DNA of 64,000 nt from the human T2T-CHM13v2.0 reference genome, Homo sapiens. The notes below the pieces were generated by a model. It worked only from the letters and a program-made list of their open reading frames with translations. It had not been told where the DNA came from and did no database searches. The stretch lies in NCBI RefSeq assembly GCF_009914755.1, contig NC_060944.1. One strand, 5' to 3'. The stretch's first letter is position 1; the number at the start of each line of letters is the position of its first letter. Of the stretch, positions 43,435 to 58,635 are shown piece after piece. Made by a program: the position numbers and the translations under genes.

Positions 43435-45871
43435 TTAAGCTATTGCCCCTTTCAAGTTATCTTCTGCAGTGTCCCAATCAGCAGAGAAAGTCTTGACTTT
43501 ATTATTTTCTGAGGTTTGTCATTTTCAAATCTTTCCAAATATGAAATTATATAATAATTTCAAATAAAATTATGTAATCTGAACCCTTTGAATTCCACCA
43601 TGCCCCTCTAACCACACCTCCCAAGGCCTCAACCCCAACTCCTAGATATGAGACACTGCTCCATTTTGGTCCAGAGGGTTCTCACCACCCTCATCTTTTC
43701 AGACTCTTCCACATCCACTGGAAGGTTCCTAAGAACATTAAAAGTCTTAGAGGGAATTGAGGAAAACAGCAGGTTGGAGAGGTTGAAACTCAGAATGAAA
43801 TAAGTTTGGAGATGATCCCAGCAATTGCTGAGAATGGCCTATGGCAGGTGTCCAAGGTGCCCAGAATCTAAATCTGAAAGGCCCATGCATTTATTTCTGC
43901 CCTGAACCCAAGAATACGATAGAAAAACACAGGGGCTAAAAAGGCTCTCAGGCTTACTTCTCCAACCAGCCAGCCAGACCCTGCCTGATACAGATAGGGA
44001 AACTGAGGAGACCTAGAGACAAAAAGGGATACACATCAGACCTTGCCTTGAGGTTGAGCTTAGGGCTAGAAACCAGGTGTCCCAGTGCTCCATCTACCCC
44101 TCCACTCCTGCAGAGTGGGGCAAGAGTCCTGAGTGGCCAGCTGGCCATGTCCAAGCCTGAGGCCAGACACTGCTCACATGCACTGCTGTTTGCTCAAGGG
44201 AACAGGCCTGTGGCCATCTGGTCACATGTCAGGCATTGGAGTGTGAATGGCCAGACAGAGGCATAGGTGTGGGGGTGGATCGCAGGATGGAGGGTAATTT
44301 TTTAAACTGCTCTGCATCACTGTCCCCAGAGATACTGAGAAATTGGGTGAAAGCGCACCATCTCTGGAGCCTCAGCCACCTGGGTCAGGGATGCGGCATA
44401 CTATGCCCCCTGGTCAATCCTGCACCTTTCCAGGCCTGGGAATCCTGGGTTTTTGTCCCAATGTGCTAGAGACTCTTGTTTGTCCCTAGCACTGGCCCAC
44501 TCAGAGGTGAAGGATTGTTCTGGGCCTTGCAAGAGCTAGTGTGGTAAGGACAGGCTGGATCTGACTCTTTCTCTCTCTGTCTCTTTCTCTGTATGCGTGT
44601 GTGGGTCTGTGTGTCTGTGTAGGTGTGTGTGTGCCAGAGAGAGCCACAGAGAGACAGGCACCAAGTGCAGCTCCACCGTCCTCATTACTAGCCAGCATCT
44701 ACTGCTACCTCCTCTGTGCCCACGGAAAGAGGAAAGAAATGGGAATCCTTCCTTGACCCTGAGGAATAGCTCAGTCCCCAATGAGGGCAAAATCTACTGA
44801 GCACCTACCATGCACTGAGTGCCTTATTGCACCTCCCAATTTAATCTGCTCAACAATCCTCTCAGGAAGGGGCCATTACTTGTGTCACAGCTGAGGAAAC
44901 AGAGACACAGCAAGGCTAATGGGCATGCCTATGGGAAGCTCCATGAGGAGCAGGTGCTAATCTGCCTTTGCTCACCATTTAATTCCCAATGGTTGGTACA
45001 ACAGATGTAGATGCCCAGTAAATCTTTGTTGAATGAGTGAGTTGAATAAATGAATGAAGTGTCAGAAGCAGGACTGGAAGTGGGGTCTGTCTGCTCCAAC
45101 GGCCAAGATGTCTCTTAATTTGCAGACACGTAAAATGTGCACTAAGAGGAGTCAACACAAAGCAGTGTGGAAACAGAAACTACAGTGTCAGGCATTGCCA
45201 GGGGGCCAAGGGTAGCACAAAAAGCAGACTCCATTTGATTGAGGTTTTGAAGCTTACATAGGAGTTTTCTGGGCTGGCCATTCATTCTCCAAATATTTAA
45301 TAACCATCTATCACATGCCTGGTACTGTTCTAGGAGATTGAGATCCATCAGTGAGGATGTAAGATTTTTGTCCTCAGGGGACTTATATTTAAGAGGACCA
45401 GGGAGTGAGGTTGTTCCAGGCGGAGCATGTAGAGCAGGGAGGGAAAAGAGGTTTGTCTTGGGAAGGAAGAATATGGGGTTCATCAAGTGGAGCATGTATG
45501 AAGTGCAAGTTGAGAAGAAGCTGCTGATGAATTGGACCAGGGTCTAGAGGGCTCTGAGTGCCTAAGAGCAGATGAGAATGAGGGGAGGGTTTTAGATTTG
45601 GCTGTACATGTGTCAAGGGGAAAAGTCAACTTCCAACTCATTGACCTAGTGTCCTTGACTGCATTCATGGTTACTTTTGTATACCTACTTTTTGTGTTTT
45701 TCTTCTATTTTAAGTCATAGATACAGCCATGAAAAATCTTCAGCTCCAGAAACAAGTTCTTAGTGCCATTTAAAAGGGAAAAAAAGTTATTTTTGCTCAT
45801 TATTCACCTTTTTCATATCTTATATGATTTTGGTATTGAAAAATATTTATTTCCACATTTAAAGCTGGAAT

Positions 45872-46209
<338 letters not shown>

Positions 46210-46984
46210 GCTTTTTTTTTTTACGTCAGGTGTCCAGACTCCAGTACGGGTGGTTAAGTTGCTTATAAAATTATGTGACATGTTTTAATTTCTTTAAATC
46301 AATCAATCAATCATTCATGATGCCTTTGGCAGGAAAAAGATAGAAAGCAGGCTTTTATTTTATTAAGAAGTGGAGTTGTCAACATTTCAAATGGGAGGTT
46401 ACCTGACCCACGTTTCTGCAGATTGTTGGGGAAAAGTTAAAGAAGACAACTTTGGGGGTGAATTTGGATGTGGCTCTGCAGAAGAGAAGGAAGTGGTGGG
46501 TCTTGTGTCCAGCTGGGACTCACTGGGATGTGGGAGTGAGGGTGGAATACAGTTTGGGGCAGCTCCTCCTGCAGTGAGAAAAAGGTGAGAAGATGATAGC
46601 TGATCTCCATTGGGTCAGGTAGGGCTGCCTGCCCAGGTCAGGGAGAAGATTCCAAGGATCCAGTGGCAAGTAAGGAAGTGAAGATAAAGAAAAGAAAGGG
46701 AAATTAGACAAGGAATCTTAGGGTCTTTGTAAGACAGGAATGGTGAGTGGGGTGATGAAGATCCAGACATGGGCGGGCTGGGGACCAGGGTCTGCAGAGA
46801 CAGGAACAGGCAGGGGCCAAATGATAAGAGTACCCAGGATACAGCTTGACCCATAGCAGATGCTCAGAATGGTCTTGGCCACCAGGCTGATGGCCTTTTT
46901 TGATAGGTTTGATAGCTTTTTGGCAGCTTTGGTACTTTGGATCCTTTTTATGTACTCAGGGGCACCCTTGCTAAAGGCCTTCCA

Positions 46985-47120
46985 TTCATTCTTTATCTCA
47001 TTTTACAGATGAAGAAACAGAGGCTCAGAGAGGTTAAGTGGCTTAGCCAGGGTCACAAAGCTTGTAAGTAATAGAATCATGGCTTGAACCCAGTTCCATG
47101 TGAATCCAACACCTGAGTTC
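46985..47120 (-). mobile_element. MIR SINE
   Basis: 'ctcattttacagatgaagaaacagaggctcagagaggttaagtggcttagccagggtcaca'. Confidence 0.88.
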
Positions 47121-47168
47121 TTTGTCTCTCTTGGGATCTTGTCCTGCAGGAGAAGGAAGTGCAAAGAC

Positions 47169-47412
47169 CAGGCTGCATATGATTTTCATGGGCCCTTAGG
47201 AACTTTTGTTTTTATGGACCCCTTTCTTTATGAAAATATGCTAAAATTCTAATTTATGGCTATTAATATAAAGATGAATATAATCCAGGATGCATTATAT
47301 TAACATTTTTTCTGCTGATTTTAAAGAAATAGAAACAATTCCTTGGACCCCTGAAAGTATTGCAGGCTGTAGGTACAGTGCCTACTGTGCCTGCTGGTGA
47401 AGTTGGCCCTGG
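47169..47412. mobile_element. ORSL-like hAT-Tip100 element
   Basis: 'gattttcatgggcccttagg...tataaagatgaatataatccagg...tgattttaaagaaat...gtgcctactgtgcctgctggtgaagttggccctg'. Confidence 0.7.
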
Positions 47413-47595
47413 TCAAAGATGCTTCATGGGTGTGATCTCTGTACTTAAGCAAGCAGTCAGTCCCCTTTCAAACTAACCAAAGCCACTCTGTGAGGATGTA
47501 GCCCTCGGGAGCTACCCAGTGGATCAGGGGTGCTCCTGTGGCACATGCCAGGGACCCCTGCAGGAGGCCAGCCTCCTGACCATGGCATTGCCTTG

Positions 47596-47929
<334 letters not shown>

Positions 47930-50534
47930 TGAACAGGCAGAGACAGAAAAGGTCCAGCGGCCATGAGACTCAGACCAGGCCAAATTTGTGCACACAGAGC
48001 AAGGGCAGGAATATCCAGCCTACCTGAAGCACCAGCTCTGCCCCTCCCCCAGCACTGGAGGTGAACAGAGGCTCCGGCTGCTCTCTGCCCTCCTCCTGGA
48101 ACTGTCAGCTCCAGCAACTGACATCTGCTCCCTGGGAAGAGCTGGGTCCCCATGGATGACCTTTGGCATCTCTGTCTTTCCCCCCATCACTCCTGGCAAG
48201 AAGACTGGGCACAGGGGTTGGGAGACAACTGTCCCCAGCCCAGCCTCTCAGAACCTGCAGGCCCACTCTCACCCTGAGCTGTAGAAGTCTCCCCATCTCA
48301 GCCTCCAGAGGCCTCGGTATCTCTCTTCTGGAAATCAAAACCACCCTTCCTAGGGCTTCCTGACAACTCCCCATACCAGCCCCTGTTGTTAGCTTTCTGA
48401 AAAAATAACTGTCAGCCCTTACTGTACGCCAGGCTCTGTGCTGAACACCACACTTCTTCAATGCTCAGGACAACTCCAGGAAGTAGGTGCTATTATCGCC
48501 TCATGGGGAGCAATATGAGATGAAGAGACTTGCTGATGGTCGAGCAGCAGTAAGTGTGTAAGACAGGCTGTGTCAGGATTCAAACCCTGCCTGTCTGCCT
48601 CCAAGCACCAGGCATCCTGCCTCTTAGGCCTCCAGTGCTTTCAGGTTAAACTCCGTGGTGCCTCTTGGACAAAGCCCAAACTCTGTAGTCTGGCTGTCAA
48701 GGTCTGTCTTACTCTGGCCTCTACCCTGTAATGGCCCTCACACACACTGCTCTCCCACAGGGGAGAAGGCACACTCCAACAGTCCAGAACCACTGGAGCT
48801 TCTCTAAACTCCCGCGTGGTTTCACCCTCCTGTGCCTTTGTGCATTCAGTTTCCCCAGCCTGGAACACCCTTCCCAGTGGAGGATCTCCAGTGGATTGGG
48901 CAATGGGGTTTTGAGTCAGCCCTACGGGGATCTGAATCCCACCACTGTCCCTGGGTCCAACTGTGTCACCTTGGGCACGTCATCCCCTCTCTCTGAACAC
49001 TGATTTCCTCAACTGTAAAACTGGAGCCACCAGGCCTACTTCATACTGTTTTCAAAGGAATTCCCTGAGAAGGGATATGAGGCGCGACAGGCATGGAGTG
49101 AGAACTCAGTGGATATTCCCTGTGCTGGCCCCATGTGGTCACCCTCTCTCCACATTCGTTCATCTTTCAGCTCAAACATCCCCTCCCCTGAGATGCCTTC
49201 TGTGAGTCCCTCGACCAGGGAGGCTGAGCGCTGGCCCCTGGGCTGTGAGCCCCAGCACAGGGCCAGCTGTGTGGTGTGTGTTGGAAGAAGAGAGAAGGGA
49301 GGGAGAGGAAAAAATTAAGTGGGTCAGAAGAAGGCAGCTGGGGGTTGATAAATGAGATTGGACAATGGAGAATAATAGTGGAAAATGACTTGGGCCTTAA
49401 TTATTTGGTAATTAGGTCCAAAGTGGCTCGAAACAGGAAGGCAGGTGACTGTGTTCAGCCAGATTGCCCAGGTAACTGGCTGTGTAGGCAGGCCCATCAC
49501 TTGTCAGGATCCCCGTGGACTGGACTCCATGCCCCACTTACCTCCTACCCGCAAGGCATCTCAGACTCAATTAGGGTCCCCCACACCCCGGACTGGACTG
49601 AGTGGAAAGCCTCAGAAGCAGGGCGGGGCTCAACTCTCATCTTGTGGGCTGCTGGTGATTTAGGGGGAGCTTTTCAAAATGGCTTTCTGTCTTCTCCATT
49701 CCTACCCAATTCCTATCCCCCTTGCCCTCCTCACACCCTCCCCGTCTCCATCCTCCCCATCCCCATCACCCCTTCCTCCATCCCCTCCCTCCTCCTCCTC
49801 TGGGTCTCCATCTCTTCCCAGAGAGCCCTGGTAATAATCACCTCCAAACCGGCCCAACCGGTCCCAGAGGACCTGATGGCCTGGCCTGGCCTGGCCTGTC
49901 CCTGCCCCAGAGGCAGGTAAGGAGGTGGGGCGGCGACTCCTGGAGTGTCTGAAAGCACCAATTACCTCTGCAGTCCGCTGGCCTGCCCAGCCAGCCCAGC
50001 AAGGGGCCCTGGGGTTGGGAGGGGGGGAGGCGGGCAGGGCAGGCTGTTCCGGACAAGGGGACTGCATTTCAGACCCTACCACAGTGCAGGGACACGACAT
50101 CCCAAAATGTCCCTCCCTCTTCTGTGAGCTGACAGGTCTAAACAATTCTGCCAAATCTGACACATTGACTCACGTTTAAATTACACATGGAACCAATCAT
50201 CTGGTTGAAATGAGTGAAGTTTCATAAAAGGAGATGTAAAATTCAGGAAAAAAAATAGCAACTTTTTTTCTTGACAGATACATTGTTTGAAGCTTTGACA
50301 TGACCTGTCTTAGAAAACCCCTTTCAGAGCCAGGGATTCCAGACTGTTTTATCTACCTGGTGCTTCATGCCCCTTAGCCAGTGATAGAGGTTGTTGGGGG
50401 GAAGGCGGGGGAGGGGAGCAGAGTCTGGGAAGGGAGGCTGGTTGGAACAGCATGAAATGTGTGTGCGTGATTGTGAGTGTGAATGTATAGGGATGCGTGT
50501 CTGTAACTGTATGAGTAAGTAAATGTAACCCAGA

Positions 50535-50770
50535 TGGCTTCGGTTCAAATCCCAGCTCCACTTCTTCTCAGCTGTGTGACCCTGGGCAAGTTACTTAACC
50601 TCTCTGTGTCTTGGTTTCCCCACCTGTAAAATGAGTAGATATAAAATGGATAAAGGAAGAGTAACCTGCCTCCTAGCATGGCAATAAGGATTGAATGATT
50701 TAATAAATGCGTAGCACTTAGCAGAAGGCAGGTGGTGGGCATGACTGAAGTGTTCAACATCATTACTATC
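50535..50770 (+). mobile_element. MIR SINE
   Basis: 'ggttcaaatcccagctcc...gctgtgtgaccctgggcaagttacttaacctctctgtgtcttggtttccccacctgtaaaatg'. Confidence 0.9.
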
Positions 50771-50964
50771 ATTAGTATCTGTATTAATAGAATTAGTATT
50801 AATAATATTATCATGACCATGATTACTACTTAGAAACATGCCTGACCCCATAAGCATTCATTCCAAGTTCACTGGTAGCACTAATTGTATTCATGCACAT
50901 GTGTGCGGTATGATAGGAGAAGGGCCCCGTGGATGAGCAAATCTTTCTGGATAAATGGTAGCTC

Positions 50965-51414
50965 TATATTATAGCTTTCCTTACAATTCTATAGGTTGGA
51001 TGTTTGGCACAGGTCTCACTGGGCTAAATTCATGGTGTCATCAGTGCAACCTTCAATTCTGGAGGCTGTAGGGGGAAATTCATTTCCTTGCTGTTTCAAG
51101 CTTATAGAGACCACCTGCGTTCCTTGGTTCGTGCCTCCCTTCCTCCATCTTCAAAGCCAGTACCATTGCATTCTCTAACCCAGCTTCCCTGGCCACATCT
51201 CCCTTTGACCACACCTGGGAAAGTTCTCCACTTTTGAGAACCATGTTGATGACATTTGTTCCACCCAAATAATCCAGGCAATCTTTCCAATCTCAAAGTC
51301 ATTGACTTTAATCACATCTGCAAAGTCCTTGTTTGCCACAATAAGGCAACATATTCACAGGTTCTGGGGATTAGGATGTGGACATCTTTGGAAAACCATT
51401 ATTCTGCCCCTAGC
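50965..51414 (-). mobile_element. MLT1D/E-like MaLR LTR
   Basis: 'ggtctcactgggctaaa...ttctggaggctgtagggggaaattcatttccttgc...ttcctccatcttcaaagccag...aatcacatctgcaaagtcc...ggttctggggattaggatgtggacatctttgg'. Confidence 0.85.
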
Positions 51415-52524
51415 CTAGGGGGATAATGGAAACAGGCCCTCATGGCTCTCAATTTGTTGTGGTGGAATCGCATCAGTGAGTGTCTCTTCTGGGGCTTTGG
51501 GCGCTAAAACAGGCTGAAGACAGCTGGACCCACGATGGACAAGCGACAGCTCCACTAAGGGCCCCAGATCCCATATCTGGCCAGGTTTGGCAACTTCTCC
51601 CAGATCCAAAAGGGCAGCAAGGTGTGGACCAGGCTCTGCCACTGACCCGCTGTGTGTCTGTGTGGAAGCAGCTCCCTGTCTAAGCCTCTAAGATTCCTTG
51701 TCTGTAAACCTTTTGAGGACCACACAATAACACACGAGGCTCCTAGGACAGCGGGGCATGCAGTAGGGGCTCGGTAAGTTTCAATCTGCCCTCTCCACAA
51801 CCTGGAGGTCAGGTGCACAATTACCACAGCAGGCAGGTGTGTGGCAAGGAAACCCATACTGGTATCAGGGACTGTGACTAGGTTCTGGTGGGGGACTGTG
51901 TTGTGGGTAGGAAAGAGTGTGGATGTGGGAGCAAGAAAGTGGAAATCAGTGTGTAAGAGAGGGCGTCCCGGCATGCAGAACCCAGCCCCGTGCCCCTTCC
52001 CGAGGGCCCAGAGCCTCCCACCCAGGTTCACCTGAAAGTTAAAGCCAGCGCACACAGCCCCCCACAGTTCTGCGAGCCTGACCACGGTGCACAGTGCAAG
52101 GCATGGCTTTGAAGTCTCCTGTTTTACACTTCCTAATCCAGAGGATGCCCACTGCTGTTGTATAATAAAGGGCAATGTTTCACATTGCAAATTCTCAGAA
52201 CACCGAGCGGCTGTGAAAAAGCATGAGGTCAGACTCTGTACAGACGAGATGTCCCAAACACATTGTTAAGCAAAAGAAAAAAGTGGGTGTCATAGCATCA
52301 AGTATGGATTGGACCCATTTTTTTTAAAGTAGCCATCTTGCCAAGTTTTAAAATGCAAATGTTTTCAAGGCACAAGGTAGAAAGTGGACAGATGTGAGGC
52401 TCCAGGGAGAAGTGAGGCCTGTGTCAAACTGCACAGCGTAAGCTCCGTGTAAAAACATTCAAATCCCAGTTTTCAAAGCAGGCAGTCAGCTTTTGACCTC
52501 TATAGTCTTTGAAAAGAGAGTGAA

Positions 52525-53482
<958 letters not shown>

Positions 53483-54610
53483 AAGTTCATGATGGCTTTG
53501 TAGTGGGAGAAAAGAGTTTCAGGACTCTGAGTCTTTTTTTTTCTGTTTACATTGTACATTTTCTTAGTTTTTTAAAACAAGCTTATACAAGTATCCCAAA
53601 AGTCTTAATGCAAGTTTAAGCTTAACAAACTATTACTCCTTTAATCAGAAAAAAACAAAGACAAAAAAGGAAATATATGACAAAAGTCTGTGTAAAAACG
53701 TTACACCAGGAAAATCAGCAATGTTTGTCTTACAGTTTCAGTACCACTGGGTATTCCTGATACTGACTCGAGTCAAGGCTGGTGGGAAATCTGTGCTCCC
53801 TCCAGCCCCAGGGACATAGCAGGTCTGCCTGGAGAGTCGCTGCTTGGGCCCCAGAGAAAGTCAGCAGCATCTAAAGCCAAAACACGGGATGTTTTCTGGA
53901 GTCCTGCACACAGGCACAAGCAACACACACAGAGCTCTATGCACAAATCCCCCTTTCAGTGCACATTATTTGTTCTCAGCAAGCCCTGGTCTAGGCCGTG
54001 GCAGATCCGGCTTCCACAGCTGACTGCCCCTGACCCTGGACATGGCATTGTTACTTTCTGACCCTTGACTTGCCCCTCTGCAAAATGAAGTCAGATAAAA
54101 GATAATGCATCCAAAGTGCCTATTGCAGGACCTGATACATGGTAGGTGCTCACTAAATAGGGTTTATGAAGAAGAGGAAGCCCACAGCCCATCCCCGCTC
54201 CCTGGGCTCCAGCCAGATAGGAGTATGTCATAGGAGGCCTGCTGGCCGCCTGGAGAGAGCAGAGTCCACTGATCTTATCAGGTCAGCCTCACTCTGCCCC
54301 ACGCAGAGCTGACTTCTGTCCTCTAGCCACCCAGACATGTGGTCCCAGATGAATCAGTACATGTGTAACATGATCTGGTGGCCCCAAGGCTCAGAGTCAT
54401 CACTGCTTACCTATGAGGGAAGAAAGATAATCCCCTTTTGCAGATGGGAAAGCTAAAACTAAGGTTATTTAACTTCTATTTTTACATCTTCTGTCATTGA
54501 TTCATTTGATGTTTAAATGAGATGTGTGTGAGAAGTAGGCACTGCATGAGGCTTGGGCCAGGAGGAGACAGCAGTAAACCAGACCTACAATGTCCATGCT
54601 GCCACAGAGA

Positions 54611-54788
54611 CAGGACCAGCTTCACCGGCATGCGACCTGCATAGTCACACAGGACTCTGCAGTTAGAAAGGGCAATGCCTGGTTTAATGTTCTGCTTTGG
54701 CCATCTTGAATGTCTTAATACTTTTTAAACAAAATTTTATTTTATTTCCATTTTGCACTGGGCCCTGCACATTATGTAAGTGGTGGTG
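54611..54788. mobile_element. MER91A-like hAT-Tip100 MITE
   Basis: 'caggaccagcttcac..gcatgcgacctg...tggtttaatgttctgct...cattttgcactgggccctgcacattatgta'. Confidence 0.75.
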
Positions 54789-57700
54789 TTAGGAGTTAAG
54801 AGGTCATAAATCCAAATTAACAGTGCCCAGCAGATGAATATATCTACAAGGGAATCAGAGCAAATCTTGGAAACATGGGGGTTTAACCATGGTGGAGGTG
54901 GGGAGTAGCTGACCCAATCTAAAGCTTTAGTCCTTGCCTTCCTAAGGGAATAACATTTTGGCAGTAGCCTGAAAGGCAAGTAGAAATGGGTAAAGAGGTG
55001 GAAATGAAGTTTCTTAACTATAAAATGGAAACAGCGATCTCCTGACCCCACAGGACCAGCCATGACAAAATTTTACTCAATTCATTCCATTCATTCATTC
55101 CAGCAACATACAGCACCCACTCTGCTGCAAGTGCTGACCAGGCACCCCATACATCCCTGTCCTGTGAAACGTGTGTTCTAGCAGATAATTATTTATCTAT
55201 TCCTGGGATTTGTGCAGGAAAGAGGTGTACAGGGTGCTAACGGAGCACGTGATGGGGGCTGGACTGGGTTGGGGGCACAGTTCTCAGCCCCGCCCAGGGC
55301 TGGGCACAGAGGAGGCTCTAGGAGATTGCAGGCTGGCAGAGCCTGGCTCTGCAGAGCAGTCAGCTGTGGACACAGGCCCAGGAGGGAGCTATGGGCCCTG
55401 CTGATTTGAGGAGGCACCATGCCAGCAGCAGCCTGGCTGTGTCCTGGTCCCAGAGGCAGTGAGTAGACCTTAGGAGGAGCTGGCCCAGGGCAGGAGAGGG
55501 TAAAAGAGAAATAAAAAGTTTAATTAAAGAGAGGCAGCTTTTGGAGGGAGGGAATAAAGCAGGCTAGCCTTACTGACTAGCTGCTGTGTCCCTGCTACTT
55601 CATCGCATCTGTCAGATCACCTTCATGGCCCTCTACAGCATGTGCCTCTATGTTACAGTACAGGAAACTAAGTCTCAGACAGGCTAAGCAACCTCCCAAG
55701 TTCATGTATGATGTTGGAACCAGTATCTAGTCTTCTGATTCCCAGAGTAAATTCTGCTGCTTCTACCCATGTCCCCTCTGAACAAAAATCTGCCCAGGTA
55801 TTTGACGAGCCGCCAGAGAAATTTCTTTCCAGCCCAGAACCAGCAATACTTACATCTCTCCTGAGCAGTGGGTTTGCTTTTCCTTGAGAAACACCATGGG
55901 TCTCACAGTTGATCTTTTTTCCCTCTTCCCATTGGCCACTAGGAGGCCCAGCATCAACTCTTGGCCCATCTCAACACAGCTTTTATGTCATCATGTCACT
56001 TCTAGTTCAATCTGGACTCATCTACCTTGCTTTTATTTTCTGCCTTTTGTTTTTGTTTTCTGTTTGGGGGGTCTTTTTAAACTAATTTTTAATGTGCTTT
56101 GGCTCACTCTATTATACAGTTTCATTAAGCCATCTCCAACCTCTTCTGCATTCTCTACATGCCTGCTTTGCCCCTCCTTCTCTGCAGAGAGCCTTTCTGT
56201 GGCTCCTTATGCACAAGGCCTGGGTGAGGCTTCCTGGCTTCCTGTTCTCACCCTTTCCCATTCAAGCTCCCACCACACTCTGACCAGTACCCAGAATTCA
56301 AACACCAATTTCCAAGGAAAGATGAGGCTTTTGGCCCAACTTGCTCCAAACAACTGTGGCCATGGGCTGGGTCACACAGCAGAAATATGGCAGCAGCATT
56401 CCATCCCTGCAGGGTGATAACCAGGCTCCTTACCCTGGCTCTCAAGGTCCCTTAGGACCTGTGTGCAGCCTCTGCTTCCCAGTTCCAGTTATCCAGCACC
56501 TCACTCCCCAGCCACATGGGGCCTACTTGCTGTTCTGGAAACTCCCTCCATTGCCACCTGTGAGCTTTCACCCAGGCTAATTCCTCCACTGAGAGCCCTG
56601 TCCCCCAGCTCCATCTGTCTAAGTTGATGACAAACCCAAAGGCTGCCTCCTCTCCTAAGCCTGCTCCATCCTCCCCACCAGCTCTTATCCTCCTCTTGGC
56701 TCCCACTCCATGTCCTTTATCCACCTTCCTGACCCTGCACCCTGAGTTTCCATAAGGCTCAAACATCCCTCACAAGATGCCAGACTCCAGGAAGACAGAG
56801 ACTCTGGAGCCATCACCACATGCCTTGTGGTGAGACAGATCTCAGTTCAAATCCTAGCTCAGCCACTTAGCAGGAGGACTTGGCAAACCTCCCAGGCTCT
56901 GGAAGCCCCCACTCACAGTCACATGGAGTTATGGTTGGGTTGTACGAGAATCAGCAAAGTCAGGAGTGCAGAAGGGCTGAGCGTGGAGCAGGCGCCGAGT
57001 GTTTGATGAGTGAATGAGTGGATTTGTGCCAGAAGCTGAGCGTGTTCTTAGTAACTTACATATACACTTCACTCTCAAACTCTTGGGCAGTGGCCCATAT
57101 ACCTGTCCATGACCTTCTTGGATCCCAGGGACACCAGGAAGGGCATGGTGAGCACACACCCTGGAGAGAGGGATAGGCCTCAACAGACCTTGGGCTCAGG
57201 CCTGGCCCATCCTCAATCTCACCCTCAGAGGAACCCACACTTGTCCCTGCTTTTAGGGGAGCATGTCTTAGCCCCCTTGTCCCCTTCAAGCTTCTCACCA
57301 TCTCCTGTCCCATGGAACTCCCCTAGGATGGGAAGGATGTTAGGAGGGGAAGGTAGAGAGCGGGCTGTATTTGCTGATGAGCACCCCCTCTGTGCCAGGC
57401 ACTGTGTTTATGCTTTATGTGCATTTTCCCATTCACCCCTCATTTCTCATTTACCACTTTACCAGATTACCATGATTCTATCCATGTTACATATGCAGAA
57501 AGTGAGGCTTAGAGAGATTACCCGGCCTCCCCAGGCCATTCAGGGGTTGAAGCCAGAATTTCAGGCCAGGAGTGTCAATCTACAGAAGCCAGGGTCTTGC
57601 TAATATGCCAAAGTGAGGACCACCCCACCCCCAGTAAGAACCTCCTGCCTGGGTCCAAGGAAGGTTAGCCTCTGCTCTCCTAAGTGCTGGATGAAGATCC

Positions 57701-58389
57701 TTTACAAGGAGCCAAGAGTGGACAACAGTGAGCAGTGAGCGCTGAGGGCCCAGGCTGCTGGGCCAGCTGAGCTCTCCTGGCAGGGGATGGAGCCAAGTGT
57801 CATTACCAGAAGGCAGAGTGTGGGTCAGGAGCCGGCTCCTTGCTCACCATTCAGAGTGCCTTGAGAAGGACAGCTGTAGCTGACTGCACTTTGTGCAAAG
57901 AGGGCCTAAAGCAGCAGGGCAGGACTTGAACTCAAGGCTACATGCTATCCTAGATGACACTTGGGAACTTAACTGGGCCCTTCTCTAAGATCTGAGCATG
58001 GACCAAGCGCCTTAGAGATCTCCTCACCAGCAGATTGTCCTCTAGAGGAGTAAGTGGGCACCAATCATGGCTGGCAAGGTCATGATTATGGCAGTGAAGA
58101 AGAAGAAAAAGAAGAAGAAGGTGGGTGGTGGCAATGATGGCGACCGTGATGGCAATAATAGCAGAGGCCCATGTATCCACCAGACACTGTTCTAAGCACT
58201 TTATGACATAATAATCCTATGGAGTAGGCACAAGTATTATCCCCATTTTATGGAAGAGACTGAGACATGGATGGTTAAGTAATTTGTCCGAGATCACACA
58301 AATAGTGTATTAGAGGTAACACTCAAGTTTCAGAGCCTGCGCTTTTCTTCACAATGCCTATGTTATATTTACAACACAATGAAAATGGC

Positions 58390-58635
58390 AATCACTATTT
58401 ATTGAGCATTTACTATGCATCAGAAACTGTGCTAAGCACTTTATTTGCGTTATCTCATTTAATTTTCACAAGAGCTTTAACACTTGGCAGTAGTATAGTT
58501 CCATTCACAGGATGTAAAATTTGAAACCATGAGAGGTGACATAATACGTGTGAGGTCACAGGGCCAGTAAGTGCAGAGGTGATGGTCAAACCCAGGCACG
58601 ATGACTTCAGTCTCCCCATCTTAACCACTGAGGCA
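58390..58635 (-). mobile_element. MIR(b) SINE (further MIRs at ~57370-57600 and ~58170-58350)
   Basis: 'atttattgagcatttactatgcatcagaaactgtgctaagcactttatttgcgttatctcatttaat...gaggtcacagggccagtaagtgcagag'. Confidence 0.85.
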
